DNA of 63,750 bases, filler included, from Nemertoderma westbladi (taxonomy: Eukaryota > Animalia > Xenacoelomorpha), in NCBI GenBank assembly GCA_032718475.1. It is 3 parts of 3 records of this genome, joined end to end, with 100 filler letters (N's around TTAATTAATTAA, not from the genome) between each part and the next. Parts side by side here need not be neighbours in the genome. Positions count along the whole stretch, not along the records: positions 22,058 to 38,602 come from JAUCBJ010007061.1; positions 38,703 to 63,750 come from JAUCBJ010003964.1; 1 more part is not named here. One strand, written 5' to 3'. Position numbers and translations under genes: made by a program. Under the pieces are notes generated by a model. It did no database searches, had not been told where the DNA came from, and saw only the letters and a program-made list of their open reading frames with translations. How positions within the stretch are numbered: the first letter of the stretch is position 1; each line of letters starts with the position of its first letter. Below are positions 36,870 through 47,802 of this stretch, piece after piece.

Positions 36870-38602
36870 ATCTAGTTTGTTATGAGGTCACGACACCCCC
36901 CTTTCCTCCGAGATCATTAGTTCTACAATGGTCTTAAGAGTTAAGAGAATAGTTTTACGGTCGTATCCCCAAACCGGACCACGGGCTTTTTGTGGCGTGT
37001 ACTGCGGCGTGGTTCAACAACTTGCCAATTACTTTCAGTTTCGGACTCGTTGTCACTTGGCTGGTAAATGGCACTTTTTTGCGATCCAACGTTGTTTGAC
37101 AGTTCATTCGCTGGTTCGGGTGTTATTGGTTCAACTTCTGGATATAAAGGACGTAGGAATCGACGGTTTCTCCACCATGTTCTGCCAGATGGCAGCTTCA
37201 CGTGGTAATCCCGGTTTTTTCCGATACTGACGATCGTTCCAGTTTTAGTCCAACGTTTCGGTCGGTCCGTACTCTGGATGCGGACGTCCATCCCGATCCT
37301 GAGTGGTTTGTGGTCCCGCGAAGTCTCGTTATAGTGAGCAATGTTTTGGTTCCGGAGTTCGGCCGCACGGTTGTCTGTTTCATCCGCCGTTTCCCGCCAA
37401 TGTTGTGCGTAGGCGCTGTGATGGGCAGGAACCTTCGACCGTAGTATGTGTCCGAAGACAGTCTCATTAGGAGACAGCCCATCAGCGCGTGGAGTGTTCC
37501 TCAACTCCAAAAGTCCAGTGAGGAATTCGTCGGAGTTGGAGTCGTTCCTCGGTACCTTTAATAGCAGGTGTTTTACAGCCTTCACCGCTGACTCGGCGTG
37601 GCCATTGGACTGCGGGTAGTGTGGGCTACTGGGAGTCCAGTTGACCCCCCATCGTTTACAAAAGTCCCTGAAGTGCGCAGAGTCGAACTGTGGTCCACCA
37701 TCGGTGCGTAGTGTTGTCGGTACACCGAGGTTAACGAACCATCTACGAATTGCGAATACAACATCCCGTGATGTTGGGTCGTGTTTCCATTCATGGACTT
37801 CGGGATATCCCGACAGTCGGTCGGAATACACTAGATAGTGTTTCCCCCCTATGGAGAATAGATCGGCGGAGGCAGATACAAATGGACGTCCTGGAATGTC
37901 CTCTGATAGCATAGTCTCCTTCTGGAGACTCGGCCGGATTTCCTGGCACTTGGTACACTGTCGGATAGTACGCTCGATATCACCACCAATACCTGGCCAG
38001 TAAACCGTTTGCCGCGCCCTTTGTTTGGTTCTGGTTATGCCTTGGTGGGAGGCATGTAGTCGTTCTAGAACCTGATGCTGGTAGGTTTGTGGGATAACCA
38101 GTCTGTTCCCGTAAACTATCAGATTATCGGGTGAGATTGCGAGACTGTCCGATATTGATTTAAATTGACGAATATACGGCGAGGCTGAGTTTATATTCCG
38201 GAAGTCATCCCGGATTTGCCGGATGAGTTCAATATAGTCAATATCGCCCAATGCTGCGTTATGTAATTCGGTCAACATGGGATCCTTGATCGATGTCGTA
38301 GTGTGAGGTAAGTTTGCGCAGATTGTTGCGATATTTATAGGTTCTTCCTCGGGTTGACTATCATCGATCGTCGGTTTGTCGACGGGGGCACGACTCAGGC
38401 CATCAGCTATTCGATGGGCCTTGCCCTTCTGCCACTCTACCCGGAACTGGTAGCAACTCTGCAGATCCGCTTTTATACGCTGCAGTTTGCCATTGTCCAC
38501 TTGGTCAACGCTGTATTTATTAAATATAGTGACCAGTGGGCGGTGGTCGGTGACCACTGTGAATTCCGGTAGACCAGACAGATATATCCGGCACTTGTTA
38601 AT
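36870..38602 (-). mobile_element. Ty3/Gypsy LTR retrotransposon 3' fragment, cut by the gap
   Basis: pol ORF end, then PPT (minus ggaggaaagggggg, 36896-36909) immediately followed by TGTCGTG at 36895. Confidence 0.9.
36941..38557 (-). CDS. Gypsy Pol C-terminus: RNase H end and integrase
   Basis: TDHRPL and ADGLSR (RNase H); LHASHQG...CTKC (HHCC); SADLF...TDGGPQF...HYPQSNGHAESAVK (DDE); C-terminal RNRRFLR. Frame uninterrupted. Confidence 0.95.
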   Translation of the reverse strand: MVTDHRPLVTIFNKYSVDQVDNGKLQRIKADLQSCYQFRVEWQKGKAHRIADGLSRAPVDKPTIDDSQPEEEPINIATICANLPHTTTSIKDPMLTELHNAALGDIDYIELIRQIRDDFRNINSASPYIRQFKSISDSLAISPDNLIVYGNRLVIPQTYQHQVLERLHASHQGITRTKQRARQTVYWPGIGGDIERTIRQCTKCQEIRPSLQKETMLSEDIPGRPFVSASADLFSIGGKHYLVYSDRLSGYPEVHEWKHDPTSRDVVFAIRRWFVNLGVPTTLRTDGGPQFDSAHFRDFCKRWGVNWTPSSPHYPQSNGHAESAVKAVKHLLLKVPRNDSNSDEFLTGLLELRNTPRADGLSPNETVFGHILRSKVPAHHSAYAQHWRETADETDNRAAELRNQNIAHYNETSRDHKPLRIGMDVRIQSTDRPKRWTKTGTIVSIGKNRDYHVKLPSGRTWWRNRRFLRPLYPEVEPITPEPANELSNNVGSQKSAIYQPSDNESETESNWQVVEPRRSTRHKKPVVRFGDTTVKLFS

Positions 38603-38702
38603 NNNNNNNNNNNNNNNNNNNNNNNNNNNNNNNNNNNNNNNNNNNNTTAATTAATTAANNNNNNNNNNNNNNNNNNNNNNNNNNNNNNNNNNNNNNNNNN
38701 NN
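38603..38702. other. Artificial scaffold gap (N44-TTAATTAATTAA-N44)
   Basis: Same layout as 21958-22057. Confidence 0.97.
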
Positions 38703-38752
38703 TATTCGGACTGACGAACCATTGACGAAGGCTTCACGAATCTTAAATAACA

Positions 38753-39601
38753 TTGCACGCACCTTTTACGAATGCTGCATGTGTACGAATGCGTTACGCA
38801 TGGGGATTTTTTACTGGGCACCACCGCCTTCACGATAAAACGGCATTTTTCCGTCATAAGTTATCCGTACACAAGGCGAACAAGTCTTACCGGCACAGGG
38901 GTGCCGCAGCCGATAGGCCTAAGGATACCACCGTTGATCCATCCAAGGCCTACAACAAGGGCGATGACAATGAAAGTGTTACTACCGGTACCGATACTTC
39001 GGTAAAATCGACTGCTGTGGCGGATCAAGTGTTGAGTAAGGCTGCAACTAAGAGATTTACTGGGTGCAAACGAATGAAAGTGAACGTGTTGACGGCTAAG
39101 AAAAAATTTAAAAAACCAAGAAGGAAACCGGTTCTTGTAGACCTACAGGAGGATCTGCGGAGTTCAGATGATCCCGAATCGGATAATTCCGATTCAACAA
39201 CCGCTTCCAGTTCGAGCCTCGAGTCAGTGTCTATTTCGGAGTCAGATTTAGGAGATACTGACAATATTCCTGGAGGAGGAGGCGGCGCTCTCATTTGGGC
39301 GAGAATGAGAAAAAAGGATATACCCTGGCCTGGTAAGGTTTCTGTTGCACCAGATGGAACTGACCCTCCTCCGAAAAAAATGGGGGGTTGTCTATGGGTA
39401 TACTTTTTTGGGACGGGGAATGCTTGTTGGGTGAGGGAAGTCCAGGAAGAATATATATTCCCTTACAAAGAATTCCGCGCGGAATTTAGCTACCCTAAAG
39501 GCCAAGTGCCCCACTCATTCGCAGCCGCACTAGAAAATATTGAGAAGGAGTACCTTAGTCGAGAGTACGGTACTGAGACTGTCAACGTAACTGAGTCATA
39601 A
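38753..39601 (+). CDS. PWWP-domain ORF, 5'-incomplete, intronless, probably transposon-borne
   Basis: LIWARMRKKDIPWPGKV...LWVYFFGTGNACWV...IFPY...FAAALE matches the PWWP pattern; preceded by a basic NLS-like stretch and an S/D-rich linker. Confidence 0.85.
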   Translation: MHAPFTNAACVRMRYAWGFFTGHHRLHDKTAFFRHKLSVHKANKSYRHRGAAADRPKDTTVDPSKAYNKGDDNESVTTGTDTSVKSTAVADQVLSKAATKRFTGCKRMKVNVLTAKKKFKKPRRKPVLVDLQEDLRSSDDPESDNSDSTTASSSSLESVSISESDLGDTDNIPGGGGGALIWARMRKKDIPWPGKVSVAPDGTDPPPKKMGGCLWVYFFGTGNACWVREVQEEYIFPYKEFRAEFSYPKGQVPHSFAAALENIEKEYLSREYGTETVNVTES

Positions 39602-40249
39602 GTTGTAAATAGGACACTGAAATCGTTAGAACTGATACGGCAGAGAAGAATAATTTAGTTATGTTATGGCGAATGGCGTTTTGTCAGTTACAAACTAATG
39701 AACTGAATTTTGTTGCAAATATGGATAGTTTAGGCTGAACTGTGGTGTTTTATTTTATGTAGAATGTAGATTGGTCATGCTTGGTCATGACATTGTTCAT
39801 GTTATCTTCATATAGATGGAAGATGGGTGCACAGTAGCAGGATTGCATCTGTGAGTTAAGAACTAAACTGAACTTATTATATTTTAGGCATTTTATTATA
39901 TCGATTACATGGATTAGTTATTTTGTTTTTATATTGCCTTATTATTGTAGTACTGTCAACTAACATGTACGACATTGTAATATTCTGTATGCACGCGGTA
40001 TGGCCTTACTGACCAGTCCAGTATAGGCCAGTCCGTGCATGTAATATATTTGTCGTACATGTTCGTTGCGTTATACGTTATATGTCATGTGTTATACCAG
40101 TATATATAACTATCTGTTTATGATGTAACCGAAGCAGCGGCTGGCATAGCAACTGTAAAACTGTTCTGTGTTAAGTATTTGATCAATCTCGTGTATATTA
40201 ATAGCCATAATTATAATAATTGATTCTCGTGTTGTTTATTATTCTTTAT

Positions 40250-40899
40250 TAAACTTTTATGGGGATAAACTTTGGGGTCAATATTCATCATACCTTAAAC
40301 ATATGACTTCATTTAATTTAAAGAAATTTACACTCATTATTAAAAAGAATAAGTTCCCCTTTGATAAGCAAACCAAACTAGTTCTTCTTTACAGTGAAAA
40401 GTACCTCTTTTTCACATACTAAGTAATATAAATTGATCTTAAATATAGCGGGGAGTGGTATTTTTAAATAGAAAGTAGCACTTTAATTGGAAATCAAGTA
40501 CCACTTTATATTTTAATAAGTGCTGCTTAATCTAAAAAGTGCATGTTTTAAATGATTATCCCACAAGTAAAGTACATATTACATAAAAAAAGATGAGCTT
40601 TTTTCCTACTAATGAATATAAAAACGTAAATAATATTCAGAAAAGTGTCGTTTTCTAAACAGAAAATCAGTACTAACATTATCAAAAAAGTACCACTTTT
40701 AGAGTAATTAAAAGTGCTCTTTTCTGCTCCTTGAAAAAGTGCCATTTTTATATTGTAATAAAAAGTGACTCTTTTTGCTACTTGAAAAAGTGCCGGTTTT
40801 TCAAAAAAGCGTATCTCGTTTGAGTACTCAAAACCAGATGCACTTTTTTGGAAAATCGGCACTTTTTTATGAAAAAAGTACAACTTCGTTTTTTCAGTG
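40250..40899. mobile_element. Two right-hand CACTG-type (CACTA/EnSpm-like) termini with subterminal repeats
   Basis: tttacagtg ends at 40396 and ttttcagtg at 40899; many aaaagtgc/aaagtacc motifs between them. Left ends not seen. Confidence 0.4.
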
Positions 40900-42589
40900 T
40901 ACCTTTATGTGCATGTTTATTTTATTTACACCATATGTTGGTATTACAGCTTTCGTTTCAAATATAAAAATTGGCCTACAGCAGCGAACTATGTTTGTTG
41001 CAATCTTTGAACGCCTATAAATATATCAACTGTTTCTCATCGAAATTTGAGATGAATAAATTACGACTCATGTGAAGAATGGCCACGATACGGATGGTGC
41101 GATTTCGCAAAAAACACTTTTTTTAAACGCTTATAAATAAAATTTAAAGGCAAAATCGAAAATTCCGGCTTCATGGTAACAACCACGGCGTGTTGAACTA
41201 GTTGTGTTTCAAATTTCAAGCAATATAATAAAAATTTGTAGAAAATTTTTTTTCCTGTCATCAGAAAATCACACTATAATACGGGTTGTGGTGTATATTA
41301 TTATATTAATTATGTTATATTATTATTTTATCACATCCTGTAATAGAAAACAACGGTTGTCATGGCGATTGCCATCATGTATACTAGCAGTGTTGCTATG
41401 GCAATGGCGTAAATAACGCCGTCTCTACTTTCGCTCGTTATTTTTAATTTATGTAACGCATCTTCTGTTAGGTCGTATTCGCAACATATTGTCGTCGTAT
41501 TTATGTTTGTCTTACAATCTGAAAATTTAATATTTATTATATTATTTTACATCATTTAATTATTTTTTTAATTTTAATTTGGCATCGTTAATTTTTTTTA
41601 ACATTTTTAATAGACTTAACATTTATTTTTCAAATAGTATTTATAACAACAATTTGACAACAAATTGTAGGAATAACAACAACAACATAGCTTATAAATA
41701 AAACTAATCCTAATTAATCGATTTATTAATAATTTACGTCTATAATAATTTATATTTAATTTATTTCATTTAATTTAATTTCCTTGGAATTTTAACATAT
41801 TTTTTAATTCAAAATAAATGCTTGCAGTTCCCAACTAACCACTTGTCACACATATTCTTTGCATATTCTTTGTCAGACTCAACATTGGTGTTTGGTCTTG
41901 TACTCTGCATTGTTTTTGGGAGTCTGGATTTGTAGGTGATTGGTAGATTACGTGATATGTCCAGCCCTTGTCATTTAAACCAGTGTCCCACAATATGGCG
42001 GCTGTCTTGGGTTGTTTTAACTCTTGTGCCGCTTTAATTTCTAGAATCTGACCAGAAATGTTTAAGATTAATATTGGGATGGGGGGGGGGGGGGTCTAAA
42101 ATTTTATTAAAACGAAATTTTTCTAGAATAGAAAAGTGCATTAAAAGTCCGTTTTGTTATTTCAACAGCGAATCATAATTATTATTTATTATACAAAATC
42201 ACTCGTGCCGAAACGCTATAAAGTGCTATTTTATGAACAATGACATATAGTTATTATATTATATGTGTTGTGGGGCAAGTCACGGAGTTTGTAGGCGTTA
42301 AGATACAGTTTAGTAAGGATAAAATCGCCATTGTCAGTGTATCTGACTGCATCTTTACGTTATTTTGTATTTCTGTCCCTCCGTCCGTGTGTCTGTAGGT
42401 TTATCAAGGCTCGGTCGCATTTGGTGGACTTTTTCGCAAAAAGGCCAGCTTTTGGACAGATATGTGATCATGCGCCCAAAGTCTAACTTTTGTGTTCGGC
42501 TGGAGTCGCCTTGACATATTGTAATAGCGTGAGAAGTCACTTTATTTATTATTAATTTGTCAACCGCCTATACACACAGACACATGTTC

Positions 42590-42837
42590 GTGGGGCCTTT
42601 GCGCTCAGTAAGTCCAGATGAGCTTTTACGTAGTGAGTGGTACAATTAGTGGACCACAATTAGTAGAGCCATAAGCCCCCCTAGCGGTCGACAAGTGAAC
42701 TATGGAAGTCTGTCTGTATGTAGAATATATACAATTTAGATAGTCTACATGGGTACCACGTCCGGGTCAATCATAGACGGGTCCAATAATTATAACCCTA
42801 CGCTAATGCTCACCTGGACTTACGTGGCTCGCCCCAT
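42590..42837. mobile_element. Second copy of the 17805-18238 MITE-like family
   Basis: Shared termini and internal cccctagcgg...aagtctgtct motif. Confidence 0.7.
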
Positions 42838-44354
42838 ATATCAATAGCATCTCTTATATTATGGGTTAAGTTAAAGTATTAAGTAGGCCTATTTGTTTGG
42901 CTAACTATTATTGGTCCGTTTATTTCGTTGAGACATTCATCAGTACTCCGGTGGTTCCTATTGGCTGAACTATATGATAACAGAGCATCTTGTAGACCGA
43001 TGTTATGACCTTTGGTATTTGCTATCACTTGGCCACCGAAACAAATTATCATCAATATCTGATTATAATTAATGTGTAGAAATTCTGATTGCATATTTCT
43101 TCTAAAGTTTTTCTTCAATTATACTTATTTATTTCTATACATTTCTTTTATAAATAATGAAATACGTAGATTTCTAATCTTATCTATACGCAAGGCTCTA
43201 TGACACCGGCATTTTATGCTACAACTAATAATATGCACTATGCGAACCTAAATGAAATATAGGCCATACAGCTGGAATTTACAGGCGATCTCCACTGTCA
43301 ATCAATCATATTTTTAATTGTTTTTTTATAGCTTGTAGCTATATGTGTATTCGTTAACTGTAATATATTATATTGGATTTATAATCTGTTCTAGAAATGT
43401 TTTTATTGCTATGGTTACTTACCACTAAAGACGCGACTATAGACCATGTACTGGAATATAGGAACATGTGTCAGTGAAAGCGAAAAGGCACCTTAAGGTG
43501 AAAATATATAGTTTTGGAGAAAAAACCCATTTAAGAAAAAAATACACTTTCAAGGCAAATTTTTCAATAATTTGATTTTCAGTGCGATATATGCAGTTTT
43601 TAATGAGGAATCCAAATCAGTTAATTGCTAATTTTCCTTATTCTAGAACGTTTTATTTTTCTTAATGTTTTTATTTTATATCTATTTAAATGGCCTAGAA
43701 CAAATTTTTTATAATACAGAACGTGTTAAGAACATTTCAAACAAATACTAAAATGTTAGATAGTAAATTCTGGCTGCGTGTCCTAAAATTTAAGTCTCAT
43801 TGGCTTGGTTTCAATACCACAAAATTTAATGACACGTGCAAATTGAAAATGAATATTTTGTTCACTAAACGTTGCTTTAGCAACAACTGTTAAGGTGGAT
43901 GGGCGTACTATCGACATTATCCTATCGATATCGTCCTTGCGCATGCGCAATTTTCACTCCCCAGATATTTTTGCGGATTAACTGCATCCTGATACCGGGG
44001 TATATAAGCTATGGACCAGGGTTGTGGGGTGAACAACATAATTATAGCTCAAGCAGCTGTATATTAATTCTGAAATATTGTAGCACCCCTTCCTGTCTCA
44101 GTGTACGGCACCGATTCTGCTTAGGTAATACTTTAGTATTATTGGAATAAAGTAATGTATATTGGAGTAAAATAAAGTTAATTTGTTTAAAGTATAGCTT
44201 ATTTATTTAGAGTAACTCGAAACTGGAGTTATTTGGTTTTAAATGTAAATAGTTTTGTATTAACTTTATTTTAAACATTTCAAAATCGCTAATTTATAAT
44301 TAGTTTTTTATTTTAACGCATTTAATTATCGAGGGATTTTCCTTTATTCCCAAG

Positions 44355-44510
44355 GGAGTGGTAGTGGAGACGGCAGTGGGGATGGCGACAGCTCGGGTGA
44401 TGGTTGCGACGAATCTGGTTGCTATGACCACCCACCCACACGTCCTGGACCTAAACCAACGTCAACTACACCACCCGATTTGTATTTCCAAACAACACCG
44501 AACGTTAAAT
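44355..44510 (+). CDS. GPC: Penultimate exon of a glypican-like proteoglycan (Ser-Gly GAG attachment region)
   Basis: Acceptor ttttcctttattcccaag, donor gtgagt, phase 1-1. Translates xSGSGDGSGDGDSSGDGCDESGCYDPPTTRPGPKPTSTTPPDLYFQTTPNVK, matching the glypican SGSGSGDGC-x4-C pattern. Confidence 0.8.
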
Positions 44511-45091
44511 GTGAGTTCTGTAAACTCTGCGGAACTCTCGCAGATCAAAGGTATCATGCACTCCAGTATAGCCATTGTCCCTCAATCTTATTAATTTAAT
44601 ATGTTGGTAATAATATATCAACTTTTGTTCTATATAGCTTGAGAATTGTTGTAATTACAAATTTACCCCGTTAGTAAAGAAAAATACATATTCCTATATT
44701 TACGTCTTGTCGTATAATTTAACTTTTTAATCGTTTTTATTTTAATTATTTTTAATGCGTTTGTCCCAGTTTTGTGCGCTAAATGGATGTACCGACCCCA
44801 AAAAAATCAATAAACCCTAGCGAATAACGTGGTCGTGATTCCTCTATTTTTATAGTGTGTAATAAATTTGCCGGATATTTTTATTGATAATGCGACAAAT
44901 TACAGTTAGATAGGTGTTAAATATTATATTGAATAATCAACAACCCGTGGCTCATTAGAAATACCACGGCGGTGCATTTATAGTACATACACTGCAATAC
45001 GTGTAACAGTTTATATTTTCACCAAATTAATATCAATTCAGTCCCTTTTTAATAATTACTTAATAATATCAACTAATTGCTTTATTTCTAG

Positions 45092-45207
45092 CTGAACAAG
45101 AGACATCGGGTGCGTCAACTCTCTCCCATTCATTGCCTTTCTTCACGATGTTTCTTATGCCATTATTGAGTATAATCACCTCCACATTGACAATGTCTTC
45201 GTGCTGA
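45092..45207 (+). CDS. GPC: Last coding exon of the glypican-like gene (GPI-anchor signal)
   Basis: Branch site ctaat plus ttgctttatttctag acceptor; in phase with the previous exon. SEQETSGASTLSHSLPFFTMFLMPLLSIITSTLTMSSC* has small residues followed by a hydrophobic tail. Confidence 0.8.
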
Positions 45208-46809
45208 TGTTGTTGTTGAGAAAGCCCCCGACCTTCCTTTGGTACCCGAAGCTGTAAAACTCATAATAATGTTTCGGATGTTTTGTTACCTTAAACATTC
45301 TCTTCAATAATTGTGCCACTACCTTTATTTGTAAACAATGATGTTTCTTACGAATGACAAAATTTTGTCGATTTTGTTGTACGACGTTGGCAAACTCACA
45401 GGTTTTACTTGTATTTATCATATTTTAAATGTGTTCGCTGTATTTATTATAAACAGTAACCTGTTACTTATGATTTATATTTCGCGTAAGTTTATTTCGC
45501 ACAGTTTTGTGAAATTCTGTACTCAAATAAATAGACCTGGGTTGATTTCCACCTGCGACTAATATTTTCTCAAACTAAAGTTAATTAATGACTTAATTTT
45601 TATATAGAAATTTAATTTTTTTAGGTGGGAATATATTTTTAAGCGAGCGTCATGGCCACCCGTGGTCCATTGGTTTGGTTTTTGTAATTCTAGAATATTG
45701 GTCTAACCTTTACTTATATTCATGACCCATCTATATTGTGCTCTCGTATTTTTTATCATTAGGCCTGACAGGTTCGTGTAATTTTCTTTTATGATTAACT
45801 AGGCGAGACTAGGGTAGGTGCGTAAAGATTATCTATTTTAGCTGTTTTACGTTATATATTATTAATTAAACTCAAATTATTTAGCTTAAAAGATATTAGA
45901 GATATAAAAAAATATTTAATAATACTTAATAGAAAATTAAATAAACAGACACCGGCCGTGTTTTTGTTAAGTTTATAAAAATGATATTTTCACAATAATA
46001 TTGAAGGTAGTCTTATTGTGAGTTACAACTTTTTCTTCAGATATAATTTTAGCTTCGCTTATTAATTAATTTTACGTTATTCTTTCAAAATATTTGTTGA
46101 CATAAATTTAGCCGCTTTAAGTACTTCCACCTAAATGTCGATTTTTTTTCTCTTCGATTTAACCTATGCTTTTTATCCCTGTTGCCTTTAGCTGTATTTT
46201 ATATTCTTCAGTATTATCATTATTATTTGCTTTTTGTGCTGTTTTTATGAATTTATAATTTAATTAGAGACAGCATCTACCCTCAAAAACGCAGTCATAC
46301 AAAACGATTAATATGTTACATTGGCTTTTAGCGAATCTTTTTAAACGGAAATAAAAAATTACGAAAAAATAGATTTTCTATTTTAAATTTAATTGAAACA
46401 ATTTTTTAACTTCTTGACGAAAGAAGTTAATTTTAATCGTTTTATGTTTATAAAAGTGTTTTACTTTAAATTTATTTTTCATTGTTTGACCTGCCAAACG
46501 GAATTATAATTCAAAGGTTCACAGCCGTTTATTTTATAAACACATTTTCATACTGCGGTGCGATGTACCTTACAATGAATAGAGTACGAATTGATTTCTT
46601 AACGAAGTTGCTTCCAGTAGATGTTTGTATATATAGCTGTAATTGCACAATTATTTCGTTAAATTTTATTCGTGTTATTTTTTTAACTCCATCTCACAAA
46701 CTTAATTTAGTATAAATACCAAATTTGGTATAAAACCGACACAGTATATATATTTATGGACAGATTCTATTGTATTGTGTTTAATTAATTTGTAATAATA
46801 TTCCCACTC

Positions 46810-46950
46810 AGCCGCTTGGTCTAGTCGGTCTGTCTGATGGGAGTGTCTGATTGCTCTCTCTGAAAGCCCAGGTTCGAGCCCTGCCTCGTGATTTCAACCT
46901 CAATGCTGGGAACAGCACTCTGAAGGCAGAGTATATCCAGTTTATTTATT
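46810..46950 (+). mobile_element. tRNA-derived SINE-like element
   Basis: A-box tggtctagtcgg (46817-46828), B-box ggttcgagccc (46871-46881), short body and tttatttatt tail; no convincing cloverleaf. Confidence 0.55.
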
Positions 46951-47802
46951 AATATTTAAATTTTTTCGGTTTTTTTGTATATTTATTGTTTCCCCACTGA
47001 ACGCTTTAATACATTAGGTTGTTGTATAACAAATTTAAAAAATAATATGCGGAATTATTATTAATTATTTAGTCGGTTGTAATTTTTGTGACTCTAAATA
47101 ATGAAATAATATAATATTTATATTGATAAAAACTGACATTGTAAATTATGATATTTATTAAGATATTTATTTTCATGTTTTAATATTATCAATATTAATC
47201 ATTATCCATAATTTTATTGATCCTATTCACTTTTTAATGCATTATGTCAAGTTTTAAATAAGTTCTTTGCTGACATTTAAATAATTCCATTAAGTATAGA
47301 GGTGCGATTTCATTATCTGCTAATTACGTACTTTATGTACTGATAATGTCTATTAATTATTGTATATTACATGTCGTTTAATATTATTAATCAATATTCT
47401 ATATTAAAATGTAAAATTACGTAGAAATTACGTTTTTAAACAATGGCAATATGTAAATCAAAGGATCAAGTATGTCTGAAACCAGTATAAGGTCTCTACT
47501 GATATGGGCTCTCTATCCACGTGGCTCGTCCCATTTGGTACTGATAAGGACTCCCCTCCCTTGTCGCTTGCCCCATATAAGGACATATACTTCTAACATA
47601 GCCTACTGTCGTATGGCTGGACGATACTTACCTTCAATATCCCATAGATAGGCCAACATAATACTTCATTATATTGCATGTTACTCAATATCTGCTTGCA
47701 TTCTCCGGCTTTAATATATCAAACTGCTAATAATATTTGATTCAATATATCATATATATGGGTTACCTCGACCTTAGCGCAAGGTCTAAATATCGTTTGA
47801 TA

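Noticed and set aside
36941-39601. PWWP ORF as part of the Gypsy element
   Set aside because: The two are on opposite strands and separated by an artificial gap of unknown true size, so adjacency is not evidence.
46810-46890. Functional tRNA gene
   Set aside because: A and B boxes are present, but I could not fold a convincing acceptor or anticodon stem.
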